DNA from: Paraspadella gotoi
Lineage: Eukaryota; Animalia; Chaetognatha
Direction of reading: 5' to 3'
Length of the DNA: 64,000 nt
Assembly (NCBI GenBank): GCA_051294375.1
Contig: CM119266.1
Span: 1,369,554 to 1,433,553, forward strand
Shown here: piece by piece, positions 1 to 12,783 of the stretch
How positions within the stretch are numbered: the stretch's first letter is position 1
Layout of the letters: each line of letters opens with the position of its first letter
Translations under genes and position numbers: made by a program
Notes under the pieces: generated by a model
Told to the model about the DNA's origin: nothing
The model's input: only the letters and a program-made list of their open reading frames with translations
The model's database searches: none

Positions 1-187
1 AGGGTAACGGATTAGGTTAGAGATAGGGGTAAGGGATTAGGTTAGAGATAAGGGTAACGGATTAGGTTAGAGATAGGGGTAAGGGATTAGGTTAGAGATA
101 AGGGTAACGGATTAGGTTAGAGAAAAGGGTAAGGGATTAGGATAGAGATAAGGGTAAGGGATTAGGTTAAAGATAAGGGTAAGAGAT

Positions 188-471
188 GTAGTCGGGCATT
201 GCCTAGGTTCACCCCGCCTAGAATCATGACACTTTCAGTTGTGACCCGGTGGCTCATTGAGTAAAGCCATCAGCTCATGACCACTAGGTACCGGGTTCAA
301 TCCCAACCCGGTACCTACCCTGCGGGAAGCGTGAGGACGGCCGTAAGCCGCCTTGGGGGCATGGCAAACCCTCAAGCCTGGTTCCAAGCCCAGGGACCCG
401 TTCCATGGCTGCTAGAGGGGGTTATAGAAGTTACAGACAGTCATCTTCAGCCCACGTAGCGCCTTATCCAT
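188..471 (+). mobile_element. tRNA-derived SINE inserted in the satellite
   Basis: GC-rich insert flanked by an AGAGAT direct repeat (182-187 and 472-477, candidate TSD). It carries a Pol III A box (TGGCTCATTGAG, ~250-261) and B box (GGTTCAATCCC, ~294-304). A second diverged copy lies on the minus strand at 35261-35446. Confidence 0.8.
243..315 (+). pseudogene. Degenerate tRNA-like SINE head (CAT anticodon-like loop)
   Basis: D arm GCTC..AAGC, loop CTCATGA at 274-280 and T arm GGG-TTCAAT-CCC are present. The anticodon and acceptor stems pair poorly, so this is not a functional tRNA. Confidence 0.65.
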
Positions 472-759
472 AGAGATTAGGTTAGAGATAAGGGTAAGGG
501 ATTATGTTAGAGATATGGGTAAGGAATTAGGTTAGAGATAAGGGTAAGAAATTAGGTTAGAGAAAAGGGTAAGGGATTAGGTTAGAGATGAGGTAAGGGA
601 TTATATTTGAGATAAGGGTTAGTGATTAGGTCAGAGATAAGGGTAAGGAATTAGGTTAGAGATAAGGGTAAGGGGTTAGGTTAGAGATAAGAGTAAGGGA
701 TTAGGTTTGGGTTAGGGATTAGATTTAGATTTAGTTATTAATTTTATAAATGAATTCAA

Positions 760-803
760 AGATTAGGAATATAAATCGAGCGCTTTCGCAAAATGGAGCC
801 AAA
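760..803 (+). mobile_element. Terminus of the TIR element family with telomere-like interior
   Basis: GATTAGGAATATAAATCGAGCGCTTTCGCAAAATGGAGCC resembles the termini at 17768 (reverse complement), 20515-20553, 52555-52597 and 57040-57072. Confidence 0.55.
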
Positions 804-976
804 ATGTGTTTTCTCATTTATGCAAATGTAAAGGGAATTTAATTAAATTTTATTTAGCTATATATAAACAAAAAAAACAAAGAAACAAAAATAAAAATAG
901 ATTTCTTACTTCGTCGAGAAACAAAAAGAAATATTTCCGACGAATATCTGACACAAATCTCTCTCTCTCTACCATT

Positions 977-1275
977 CTCATATCGTCTGTCATTCTCCTT
1001 CGGTCCTGAAATAATACCTACATGCAGGTCCTGTCATTCTCAATCGGTCCTGTATTTCTCATCGGTCTGTCATTCCTCATGGTCCTGTCCATTCCTCATC
1101 GGTCTGTCATTCTCATCCCTCTGGTCAATTCTCATCGGATCTGATCATTTCCACTCATTGCGGTCTGTCATTTCGCCTACATCGGTCTGTCATTCTCGAA
1201 TGCGGTCCTGTCATTCTCATACGGGTCTGTCCCCATTCTCATACGGTCTGTGTCATTCTTCATCGGTCTGTCATG
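977..1275 (+). repeat. ~17-bp minisatellite (CTCATCGGTCTGTCATT)n, noisy
   Basis: The unit is repeated about 15 times with many small indels. Confidence 0.85.
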
Positions 1276-2814
1276 CTTTTTCCATTCCGCATTGCTTCTT
1301 AGAGCCTTTGGGCAAACCTTGGTCTAACGGTTCGCTCTGGCCCTTCGTCAATTCTCATCGTTTTTTTTCCGAAATTAAAATAACAAAGTTGTCTCGACTC
1401 CCGAGTAAAAAAGGTCAGGNNNNNNNNNNNNNNNNNNNNNNNNNNNNNNNNNNNNNNNNNNNNNNNNNNNNNNNNNNNNNNNNNNNNNNNNNNNNNNNNN
1501 NNNNNNNNNNNNNNNNNNNNNNNNNNNNNNNNNNNNNNNNNNNNNNNNNNNNNNNNNNNNNNNNNNNNNNNNNNNNNNNNNNNNNNNNNNNNNNNNNNNN
1601 NNNNNNNNNNNNNNNNNNNNNNNNNNNNNNNNNNNNNNNNNNNNNNNNNNNNNNNNNNNNNNNNNNNNNNNNNNNNNNNNNNNNNNNNNNNNNNNNNNNN
1701 NNNNNNNNNNNNNNNNNNNNNNNNNNNNNNNNNNNNNNNNNNNNNNNNNNNNNNNNNNNNNNNNNNNNNNNNNNNNNNNNNNNNNNNNNNNNNNNNNNNN
1801 NNNNNNNNNNNNNNNNNNNNNNNNNNNNNNNNNNNNNNNNNNNNNNNNNNNNNNNNNNNNNNNNNNNNNNNNNNNNNNNNNNNNNNNNNNNAAAACAAAA
1901 AAGAACAAACATTAAATCCTTTCACCCCGTTTTACCCAGCATCCCTTCTTATGAAATCCTGAAAATTAAATATTAATCCAAGTCGCGACGAAAACCGACT
2001 CACTGTGTGGTTTTCTCAGTTACATCCGGGGCTTGACGGCTCAAAGAATTATATCCGGCTCCCGGGTTTAAATTCGGAGCTCTGGGTTTAACGAACTCGG
2101 TCGATATCAGACAATAGGAAAGCCGCGATAATATGACAAAAAGATTCACCATAAAAACTTTTTCAAGAGCATTAAAGAAATTAAAAAGAAAAAAAAAATA
2201 ATAACCAAAAGAAAAAAAAATACTGAAGGGTTTTATTTTTCATTCAGTTTAAAAGATTCAAACCTTGAAGTATGATATTGAATTTGAGATTAAAAGGACG
2301 AAAAAAAAATATTCAAAGATTTCGATTTGTGTCGTAAATCCTTCCCAAATTGAGTTATTAGATATAATGATAAGTAAAATTTTTTTAAGAAAGAAAGCAA
2401 TATATATTATTTATTTGATTAAATAATATAGATTAAATACTAAATTCTTCATAAAATATAAAAATAGAAAATAGTGAAACATGTAAGTAACTAACAAACT
2501 GTCAAAATAAAAAATCAAATTAGGATAGTGACTTAAACTGTGCTTGTAACGACGTTAAAACAAGATTATCTAACGTATTGGTACAATCAATATAAAAATT
2601 AAACCCATTCAAGAAACATTAAACTAAGGCGGTGTTAATATACATTATTTAAACATTAAACAAGCAATCTTGCCTTTGATGTCACTCAGGTTCTTTCCCA
2701 GTTCATATCCAGTACAAAGGCGATAATCACAGAGAGAATTCCTCCCAAGACAAGAGTCTCGGCGACACTTCTCATTTAAATCGAGGACTCGATTTAAGTT
2801 TTAACGTTTCCACG

Positions 2815-2990
2815 ACAGACGGCGCCATTTTCCGGTGCCATTTTCCGGCGAACGCAACGGAGCGGAGAGCTACTCAGCGTCAAGCGGCACCGCGCGGCAC
2901 CGCGCGGCGCCACGCTTCGAAATCCAATCGAGTCGCCACTTCGCCGATTCGCGAGATCGTTATAATCCGAACGACCGGACGACCGAAAAG
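2815..2990. promoter_or_regulatory. CpG-rich island with tandem YY1-like GCCATTTT motifs
   Basis: GCCATTTTCCGG occurs twice (2824-2848) and GCGGCACCGC twice, in a CpG-rich patch set within AT-rich flanks. Motif match only. Confidence 0.25.
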
Positions 2991-3174
2991 CAAACAAACA
3001 AAAGGAAGGAGCGAGTTCGGGTCGTGCGTACAAGAGCGAACACCATAAAAGGGGAAAAAAAGAAAGAATGAAAGAAAATATCGTTTGAAGAAAAATAACG
3101 GAATCGAAATTCGAAGGGAAAATAAATTGTGTGAGTAAAACAGGAAAACTTTTATGAAGGACGGGAAATTCTCT

Positions 3175-3220
<46 letters not shown>

Positions 3221-3336
3221 GAGAGAGAAAATTTTTCGGTTCCGAAGATTGATGTCCGTTATGAGAAACGTGAGGCGAATCTTATCCTCAGATTTCCACC
3301 ACTTGTGACATGACAGTCAACGTTCTCGTTCTCTCT

Positions 3337-4160
3337 AATGGTTTGTGGACATCCATCGGTATCCTCTATTTTCTCTCTATCTCTCTCTTTCCCTCTCTCC
3401 TCGCGTCTCCTCTACTCAGGCGTCAACGAAAATAGGTCACGCGCTCCTTCTCGTCATATCTTTCTCCCTCCTCCTCTCCTCCTCTCTTCTCATCTTCTCC
3501 TTTCTCTCCTCCTCTCTCTCTCTCTCTCTCTCCCTCCACCCGCCTCATCCCCTCCTCGTCACTCTCCTCATCTCTCTATTGGTTTGTGACATCCATGGTA
3601 TACCATGGTATGTTCTCTCTAAATCTCTCTATTCTCCTCTCTCGTCTCTCTCACATCTCTCTCTCCCCTCTCTCCTCTCTTCTCTCTCCCAGCGTCTCTC
3701 ACTCTCTCTCTATGGTTTTGTGGCGACATGTCCATGTGAATCAAGCAATCCATGGTATGTCTCTCTATCTCTCTCTATTCTCCTCTTCTCTCATCTCTCT
3801 CCTCTCCTTCTCTCTCTCTCTCATGATACATATCTTCTCTCTCTCCTCTCACCGTAGTCTCTCTCTCTCCTCTCTCTCTCTCTCCAGTCTGTCTCTCTCT
3901 CTCTCTAATGGTTTGTGTGACATCCATAGGCAGTTCCAATGGTATTCTCTATCTCTCGTCTCTCAGTCCAACTCTCCTCTCTCAGTTCTCTCCTTCTCCT
4001 CTCTCTTCTCTCTCATCGTCTCACTCGTCATATCTCCCCGATCTCGGCTCTCTCTCTCCTCTCTCTCCATTCTCTCCGCTCTTCTATATTCTCTCTCTCT
4101 CGCTCTACTCAATCTCTTCTCTCCTCGTCACTCTACAGTTTGTGGACAGTCCATAATGAA
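3337..4160 (+). repeat. Composite repeat: ATGGTTTGTGACATCCATGGTAT core separated by (CT)n spacers
   Basis: Core variants at ~3338, 3579, 3712, 3908 and 4137, with CT-rich tracts between them. Confidence 0.7.
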
Positions 4161-4239
4161 AAGGATGACCATGAATGTTAAAACTAAGAATCTTTTCCTA
4201 AGAGAAACGAAAGTGTCCTGTTGGTTTTCATACTTGAAC

Positions 4240-4904
4240 TTTATGTTTCGGTTTGAAGATATCCGTTAAATCTCTTTACTGCGTTTCTATGTTTTTGGAT
4301 GTCAGTTATAAAAAAACCTTTCACTCTAATATATAAAAATGAATATAATTAACTGTGATAAGGTCATGTTTGACGCGCTTTTTGAAATTATACTGAGACA
4401 TTTTTGGTAAAGCTTGTATTTGAAAAAAAAATATGACTTGATTTACCAATTTCGCGATTGGCCATCTGCACTACATCTTCTAAAAGAAACGCAGCAATGG
4501 AGAAAAGGCAGCAACGACAACGACATCAAAAAGCAAGAATAACCAAGACCATCTGAGTCGTCCCTCTGCGATTCTTGGCTTCTCCAACACCACTGTTGCC
4601 TCCTTCTCTCCCAGAAGAAATCATTTGGGACTTTTTGCGGGAGAGTGAATAAAGAGAGAGAGAGAGGAGAGAGAGAGGAGAGAGAGAGAGAGAGAGAGCA
4701 GAGAGAGAGCGAGAGAGAGAGGAGAGAGGAGAGAGAGAGAGAGAGAGAGTCAGTTGCGGATTTACAGTCGCAACCAAAACAAGATTTTTCTTTTCCGTTT
4801 TTTTTCTTTGAGACTTTTTTTATTTCTTTAGTCTTTTGAGGATTAGGAGTTGGAGGAGATGATGAGAGAGAAGAGAGATAGAGGAGAGAGAAGGAGAGAA
4901 GAGA

Positions 4905-4938
<34 letters not shown>

Positions 4939-5609
4939 AGAGAGAGAGAAGTGAGGAAAATGAGTTTGAATGTATCAGGAGAGAGAAAAACAAGAAAGAG
5001 GAAAGAGATAAAACGAAGAGAGAAAAGAGGAGAGAAAAGTGAAAGGGAAGAGAAAGGAAGAAAGAAGGAGAGAAATGAAGGGGAGAGAAGAGAAGGAGAA
5101 AGAGAACAAGATGGAGAGGGGGAAAAAAAAGGAGGAAGGGGGGGAAGAGGAGAAAGGAGGAGAGNNNNNNNNNNNNNNNNNNNNNNNNNCCTATTGATTC
5201 TACTGATATTTTATGTTTCGGTTTTAGATATTCCGTTAATTCTACTTGCGTTTCTATGTTTTGATGTATTTTAAACCTTTCACTCTAATAATAAAAATGA
5301 ATTTATACTACTGTGATAAGGTCATGTTTGACCGCGCTTTTTGAAATTTACTGAGGCATTTGGTAAAGCTTGTATTTGAAAAAAAAATTATGACTTGATT
5401 TACCAATTTCGATTGGCCATCTCACTATATCTTCTAAAAGAAACGCAGCAATGGAGAAAGGCAGCAACGACAACGACATTAGCAGAGAATAACCAAGACC
5501 ATCTGAGTCGTCCCTCTGCGATTCTTGGCTCTCAACACCACTTTGCCTCCTTCTCCCAGAAGAAATCATTTGGGACTTTTTGCGGGAGAGTGAATAGAGA
5601 GAGAGAGAG

Positions 5610-5666
<57 letters not shown>

Positions 5667-5877
5667 GAGAAGAGAGCGAGAGAGAGAAGAGAGACAGAGG
5701 AGAGAGGAGAGAGAGAGAGATCAGTTGCGGATTTACAGTCGCAACCAAAACAAGATTTTTCCTTCGTTTTTTTTTCTTTGAGACTTTTTTATTTTCTTTA
5801 GTCTTTTGAGGATTAGGAGTTGGAGGAGATGAATGAGGAGAAGAGAGAGAGGAGAGAGAGAGAAGAGAGAAGAGGAG

Positions 5878-5916
<39 letters not shown>

Positions 5917-6040
5917 GAGAAAATGAGTTTGAATGTATCAGGAGAGAGAGAAAAACAAGAAGAGGAAAGATATAAAACGAAGAGAGAAAGAGGAGAGAAA
6001 GTGAAAGGGAGAGAAGAGGAGAGAAATGAAAGGGAGAGAA
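4240..6040 (+). repeat. ~0.97 kb tandem duplication across a 25-N gap (probably assembly artefact)
   Basis: 4240-5060 matches 5210-6040 except for small indels. The gap 5165-5189 lies between the copies. Confidence 0.85.
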
Positions 6041-7102
6041 AGAGAAGAGGGAGAGAAAGAGGAAGGGAGGGAAAGAGAAAGAGGAGAGAAAGAGGGAAAG
6101 AAAGTTCGGACTTTAACCAGACATACGGACGACCAATGAACAATACATTACAGTAATAAGGAAAACTCTCAGAGAAATTATGATAATTATGCAAACAGAA
6201 TTTGAATTGTATGACTTATTGACGAACGAAGACGACGACGACGACGACGACGAATCCCACCACGAAGACGCTATTTCTTCTCCATGCTGTGAATACTCTG
6301 TCTCTATCCCTCTCTCTATCTGCCTCTGTCTCTGCATTGGTTTTCTGATGCGGAGAAATCGACAGCTCGTATTTCTTGGTGAGAGTCTTAGTCAAGATTT
6401 TTCTTCCAGAAATATTGTTTACGTTATTTTTTCGCGTTTCCTTGACAACGCGCGTTTCCTTTAGAATACTTAATGCTGGAGAATGTTTGTGCTTCACATT
6501 GAATAGTTAGTCGAGTTTATTCAATTATTCACACAATAATTAAGGAAATGGCTCTTTTAAACAATTGAAAAACTTAATAGAAATAATATACCATATTTCA
6601 TAGATAAGAAAGCCAGTTTGGGACAGAGCGTCGATTAAAAGCTTACATGGCCATGCTATGTTATTATCTTGTAAGAGGGGAGACGACAAAAATGATAGTG
6701 GAGACTGTAGACAATATTAAAAAGAGAATGACGACGATAACAAAGACGATGATGATGATGAAAAAGAAAACGACGACGTCGACGACAACGGCGAATTTTT
6801 AAGGGGTCATGAATTTTAAGTTTATCAGGATTTTCTCGGGACTAGATTAGCTCGGCGACGACGACGACAACGACGACGACGACAAAGACGACGACTGAGC
6901 CGTTTGTTTTCTTCAAAATGGTGGTTTGTCCCATTAAGCAGAAGAAAAAACGGATGTTTTGACTTAAAATACTCACTTTTAAGTCAAACCAAGTTTTTTT
7001 GGGGAGTTTTTCAGCTTTTTGTGAAAAATGTTCTCGAGATGAATTTTTTTTTCGTAAAAGAAACAAAGAGGAAAGTAAATGAGAAAAGAGATGAAAGATG
7101 TG

Positions 7103-7183
<81 letters not shown>

Positions 7184-8136
7184 AGAGAGAGATGATAAAA
7201 CTGAGCTCAGCAGCAGAGAACTGTTTAACAATCTCTAGAAGCTCATGTTGATTACTTTGACTCGAACCTCTTTTCCAAGTTTCGAAAGATGAAAACTCGT
7301 GATGCGCAGCTCATGTTTTTCATGAGTTTACTGGTGAAAGAGTCTTTGACTTTGTGACTCGTTTAACCTACTTTTTTTCTTCTTCCTCCTTCGACGTTTA
7401 GACTCGATTCAATTCAGCGCCATCTTTATTTTTTTTTCTGTCGCCGCGAATTTCTCGGAAATATCTTCGCTTTTCCGAGAAAAGGAGGATGATGACAACG
7501 ACGAGGACGAAGATTGAGGTGACAATGATGACGACGATTACGATGAACAATATGGTGATGACCGAGACGATTACGATGAAATTGGCGAACGATGACCATG
7601 CTGACAATTGAGCTAAAAAATGATGAAGATGACACTAAAACAATGAAAAAGGAAAAAAGAAAATCCAGTAAACGCCATTTTAAAGTAAGAAATAAAAATA
7701 TATGAGGTCGACAAAATGTTAAGCTATGTATTAAGAAAAGTCAAGATATAAATATAAGACTTATGTAAAAAATTACGATGTTTTCAAGGCGTCAGTCAAA
7801 TATCAACGACAACGACGATAACAAGGACGAAAAAAGAGTCAAAACCTTTGCTTCTCGTGAAATTTCCATGACAAAGGCTGGAAAAGACGGAAAATATTAA
7901 ATTGACGAAAAAAATAGGAGGAAATAGGAAACTAAGAAAAAAATAGAAGAAAAAACATGAAATTGAAAAGGGGAAAAAAAGGGGAGAACAAACCGTTGGA
8001 GAAAAAAAGATAAGAAATCATAAGAATAATAATAATATGGTGACGAAAAAAAATGAGGGAAAATTGCTATGTTGCCCGAAAAAAAAAAGGACGACCGAGA
8101 ATAGCATGAAATACAGAATTTCTCTATCTCTCTTTC

Positions 8137-8142
<6 letters not shown>

Positions 8143-8228
<86 letters not shown>
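8143..8228. repeat. (TTTC)n microsatellite
   Basis: Directly visible. Confidence 0.95.
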
Positions 8229-8652
8229 GTCATTCAAATCCAAATCTTTCACTTTTACGTCATCTTTATCACTTTTATTTAAATATATCTATTTTTTTAG
8301 TTGCTATACATCGTGACAATTTTAAACACGCCGCTAGAAAAAAGCGGTCATTTGTAAAGTAAATCCTTAAATAACTTTTCAGTCGGTTGGTCTGTCTGAC
8401 ATTCTATCAATCTATCCTATTTATGTTTTAAAGGTTCGTAACTCAAGTAATTTACACTTTATTTTAGTTATATACCAATAGGTGCTCATTGTACATACGT
8501 TTCATACTTGTGAGATCATATTGAATTATCTCGAAATGCGAGTATGTTGGTCATCACCTTAAAATTGAACTAACTTGCATTTTCCTATTTTATTTTTATC
8601 TTATTTTTTGTTTAGTCAAAATCTAATTTTGAGATATGAACCAATTGAACCA

Positions 8653-8708
8653 TTGTCATATAAACATTGTCATATAAACATTGTCATATAAACATTGTCA
8701 TATAAACA
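8653..8708. repeat. 14-bp tandem repeat (ATTGTCATATAAAC)x4
   Basis: Four perfect copies. Confidence 0.9.
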
Positions 8709-8741
8709 ACTATAGTTACGTTCAATCTTTGGGAGAAATCC

Positions 8742-8842
<101 letters not shown>

Positions 8843-9473
8843 AAACTGTTAAAATTGTGTTGCGGGAAATCCTCGTTTTATTGTTTTTAATCATTGAGTT
8901 TGGAACCCAGTCTGGGGGTTTACAACAGAGAAAAGGAAAGAAAAAATGAAAAGAAAAAAATAAAGAAAGAAGGAGAGAAAAAAAGAAGAAGAGAGAAAGA
9001 CAAAGAGAGAGAAAAAATACGTATAGAAAGACAAAGAGAGAGAGAGAGAAGGAAAAAAAAACAAAATGAATTAAGAGTAAAAAGGATGATAAAGAAAAAA
9101 AAATATTAAAAAAATAAAATGATTTTATTCTGTTTCATTTTGAACTATTTATAGAATTCAAATTATACATGAGACAATATAACAAAAAAAAAAGAACCTC
9201 CCCAGCAACTGTGGCTCATTTTCATTTCATCGAGCCAATATGGCCGAAATGCGTGAATTATCTAATATTTATTTATTTTTATCTTTTTTAATTAAAAATT
9301 TAAAATTCTTTGCGCGGATATAAATAAATAACTCGGTTTGAATTTTTTTTTTAAAGCACGATTTCCTATTTGAGCATGAATTTTTGAATCCGTCCTCAAA
9401 TATTCTTTATGGCAGCGGTGGGGATGGAAACGTCATAATGNNNNNNNNNNNNNNNNNNNNNNNNNACCAAAAA

Positions 9474-9554
<81 letters not shown>

Positions 9555-9565
9555 GAGAGGAGAGA

Positions 9566-10084
9566 GAGACGTACGGGTTGAATAGCGGGAGCGTCTCAAA
9601 TTGCGATAAGCATAAAAAGTTCGTAATCAAGTCTTCAAGACTCCCTTGACAAGAGGTCAGTACGAGACCTGAAGGAGGTCAAGAGACATTGGCGAAGAGA
9701 AACACGAAATTAATTTTTTCTCGTGAGAGGAGGAACACATTAACGACGACGATGACGATGATGACGACGATGACGACAACGACGACGACGACGACGATAA
9801 CGACGTCAGCATGGAAGATTTTTTACTTTTAAACTTTGTTCTTTCTTCTCGTCTAGGTTAAAAGATAAATTTTTAAAGTTTGACAAACAACCAAACAAAA
9901 CCTAAAAACATCTTTTTCTAAAAAAGTTTCTGAAAAGTTTTCTTTCGTTTCCGTATATTTGGCTAACGTCAAAAGACTTTAGTCGTCGTCGTCGTCGTCG
10001 TCGTCATCCGTGGGGAAAATGGTAAAAAATGACAAATATGAACGAACGGGAGAAAATGTGAAATAAATTCGTCTTCCGATGCGC

Positions 10085-10127
<43 letters not shown>

Positions 10128-11157
10128 GGAGAGAGAGGAGGAGAGGAGAGAGAGAGAGAGAGAGAGGGAGAGAGAGGAGAGAGAGAGAGAGAGAGAGCGC
10201 GCACGCGCGGAAACCAGTAGCTCATGTAATCCGGAAGAGAGACACTGGGATTTTTTGAACATTTGACCTTGATTTGACCTTCGCTTCCTTTGACGTTTTA
10301 ACCTCAAAAGTCGAGGATAAGATAACCATCGTTTAGGTTGAGAGAAGTATTTGGACAATCAAATGGCGAGGTGGGCCCATATGGGGTGTAATTGGAAGAA
10401 TTATATTGCGAAAAGACAGCAATACTACGATCGATATATTTATTTAAAACGATCGCTATCCATCGAATTTCCAAAAAACAATGAATGATACTTCAACTGA
10501 GACGTGAACTCATGACTTTCATAGCTCAAGACTAAAGTTCTTTAACTCCAGTCCTGACACAGCACAAACCATGTCGAAACATCACGAGTTTTTTTATATT
10601 TTTATTTATTTCTTCTTTCTCGACTTTTTGCGCGAAAAACTCATAAATCTTTTTCGGGTCTTTTCCTTACTTTATCGTTGTTTTTATCGCCCTAGTTTTT
10701 TTTATCGCGAGTTTTGTGCAAATGAAGTCGCCGATTTTTCCCGGTTTTTTTTTTTATTGGTGACAGCTTTTAAACTCTATATAACATTAAGTGTAAAAAA
10801 GTACTATGTTTGCATACTTCAAATTGGCAATTGGTCAGGTCTAATCAAGTTTCCGGTTCTCGATTCCGAGCTGAAGGACAAAAATCTAAAAATAGATCCG
10901 AAGTTGTAGTTCATTCAAATAGCGATGTCGCCGGCGATTCACACACGACGTCGCCAACCAACTAGAACCACTTTCTTTACTAATTGCGAGATTTTTAGCG
11001 AATGCAATTAATTTGCGAGAAGGCAGAACTAAAAATAGTAGCAGTCAAAATAAAAATAAAACGAAGTAAAATATAAAAGGCCCATGCTTTGAAAAACGAT
11101 GATTCCATAAAGAAAGAAGTCAAAAATTAAATAAAAATAGAGGCTAAGGAGGAAGAG

Positions 11158-11196
<39 letters not shown>

Positions 11197-11837
11197 AGAG
11201 AATGACATTACGTGAATCCATTCTAAAATTCAATCATTTATAACCAAAAATAAAATGATAGCGAAAGTAAGATGACATAAATACTTGAAGTATGTGACTG
11301 GAGTATATCATGATAAAGTCAAGATATATGAAGGCATAATAAAATCTGAGGAGAAGACGAATGGGCAAGAGAGTAGATACCGAGGAGGAAATGCTATTCT
11401 TCTCTGAGAGAGAGAGAGAGAGACGTACGAGTTGAATAGCGGGAGCGTCTCAAATTGCGATAAGCATAAAAGTTCGTAATCAAGTCTTCAAGACTCTTGA
11501 CAAGAGGTCAGTACGAGACCTGAAGGAGGTCAAGAGACTATGGCGAGAGAAACACGAAATTAATTTTTTCTCGTGAGAGGAGGAACACATTAACGACGAC
11601 GATGACGATGATGACGACGATGACGACAACGACGACGACGACGACGATAACGACGTCAGCATGGAAGATTTTTTACTTTTAAACTTGTTCTTCCTTCTCG
11701 CTAGTTTAAAAGATAAATTTTAAAGTTTGACAAACAACCAAACAAAACCTAAAAACATCTTTTTCTAAAAAAAGTTTCTGAAAAAGATTTTTCTTTCGTT
11801 TTTTTCCGTTATTTTGGGCTAACGTCAAAAGACTTTA

Positions 11838-11869
<32 letters not shown>

Positions 11870-11955
11870 GGAAAATGGTAAAAAAATGACAAAAAATATG
11901 ACGAACGGAAAAATGTGAAATAAAATTCGTCTTCCGATGCGAGAAGAGAGAGAGA

Positions 11956-12043
<88 letters not shown>

Positions 12044-12783
12044 GCGCACGGCGGAACCAAGTAGCTCATGTAATCCGGGCTAAGAGAGACACTGGGATTT
12101 TTTGACCATTTGACCTTGATTTGACCTTCGCTTCCTTTGACGTTTTAACCTCAAGAAAGTCGAGGATAAGATAACCATCGTATAAGGTTGAGAGAAGTAT
12201 TTGGACAATCAAATGGCGAGGTGGGCCCATATGGGGATGTAATTGGAAGAATTATATTGCGAAAAGACAGCAATACGTACGATCGATATATTTATTTAAA
12301 ACGATCGCTATCCATGAATTTCCAAAAAACAATGAATGATACTTCAACTGAGACGTGAACTCATGACTTTCATAGCTCAAGACTAAAGTTCTTTAACTCC
12401 AGTCCTGACACAGCACAAACCATGTCGAAACATCACGAGTTTTTTATTTTTTATTTATTTCTTCTTTCTCGACTTTTTGCGCGAAAAACTCATAAATCTT
12501 TTTCGGGTCTTTTCCTTCTTTATCGTTGTTTTTATCGCCCTAGTTTTTTTATCGCGAGTTTTGTGCAAATGAAGTCGCCGATTTTTCCCGGTTTTTTTTT
12601 TATTTGGTGGCAGCTTTAAACTCTATATAACATTAAGTGTAAAAGTACTATGTTTGCATACTTCAAATTTGGCAATTGGTCAGGTCTAATCAAGTTCCGG
12701 TTCTCGATTCCGAGCTGAAGGACAAAATCTAAAAATAGATCCGAAGTTGTAGTTCATTCAAATAGCGATGTCGCCGGCGATTC
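9566..12783 (+). repeat. ~1.37 kb direct duplication (9566-10943 vs 11420-12783)
   Basis: Near-identical sequence from GAGACGTACG..GTTGAATAGCGGGAGCG to GTCGCCGGCGATTC. The differences are mostly 1-2 nt indels, and the pair is bracketed by N gaps. Confidence 0.9.

Larger units (their letters stand above)
1..735 (+). repeat. 25-bp telomere-like minisatellite (AGGGTAAGGGATTAGGTTAGAGATA)n, interrupted by a SINE
   Basis: The 25-bp unit is directly visible at 1-187 and 472-735. It is built from degenerate TTAGG/TAAGGG motifs. Confidence 0.9.

Noticed and set aside
243-315. Functional tRNA-Met gene
   Set aside because: The anticodon and acceptor stems are broken, there is no poly-T terminator, and it is embedded in a repeated element with a TSD.
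1-735. True telomere or chromosome end
   Set aside because: The unit is a 25-bp degenerate repeat rather than pure TTAGGG, the G-rich strand points into the window, and it ends in a transposon-like terminus.
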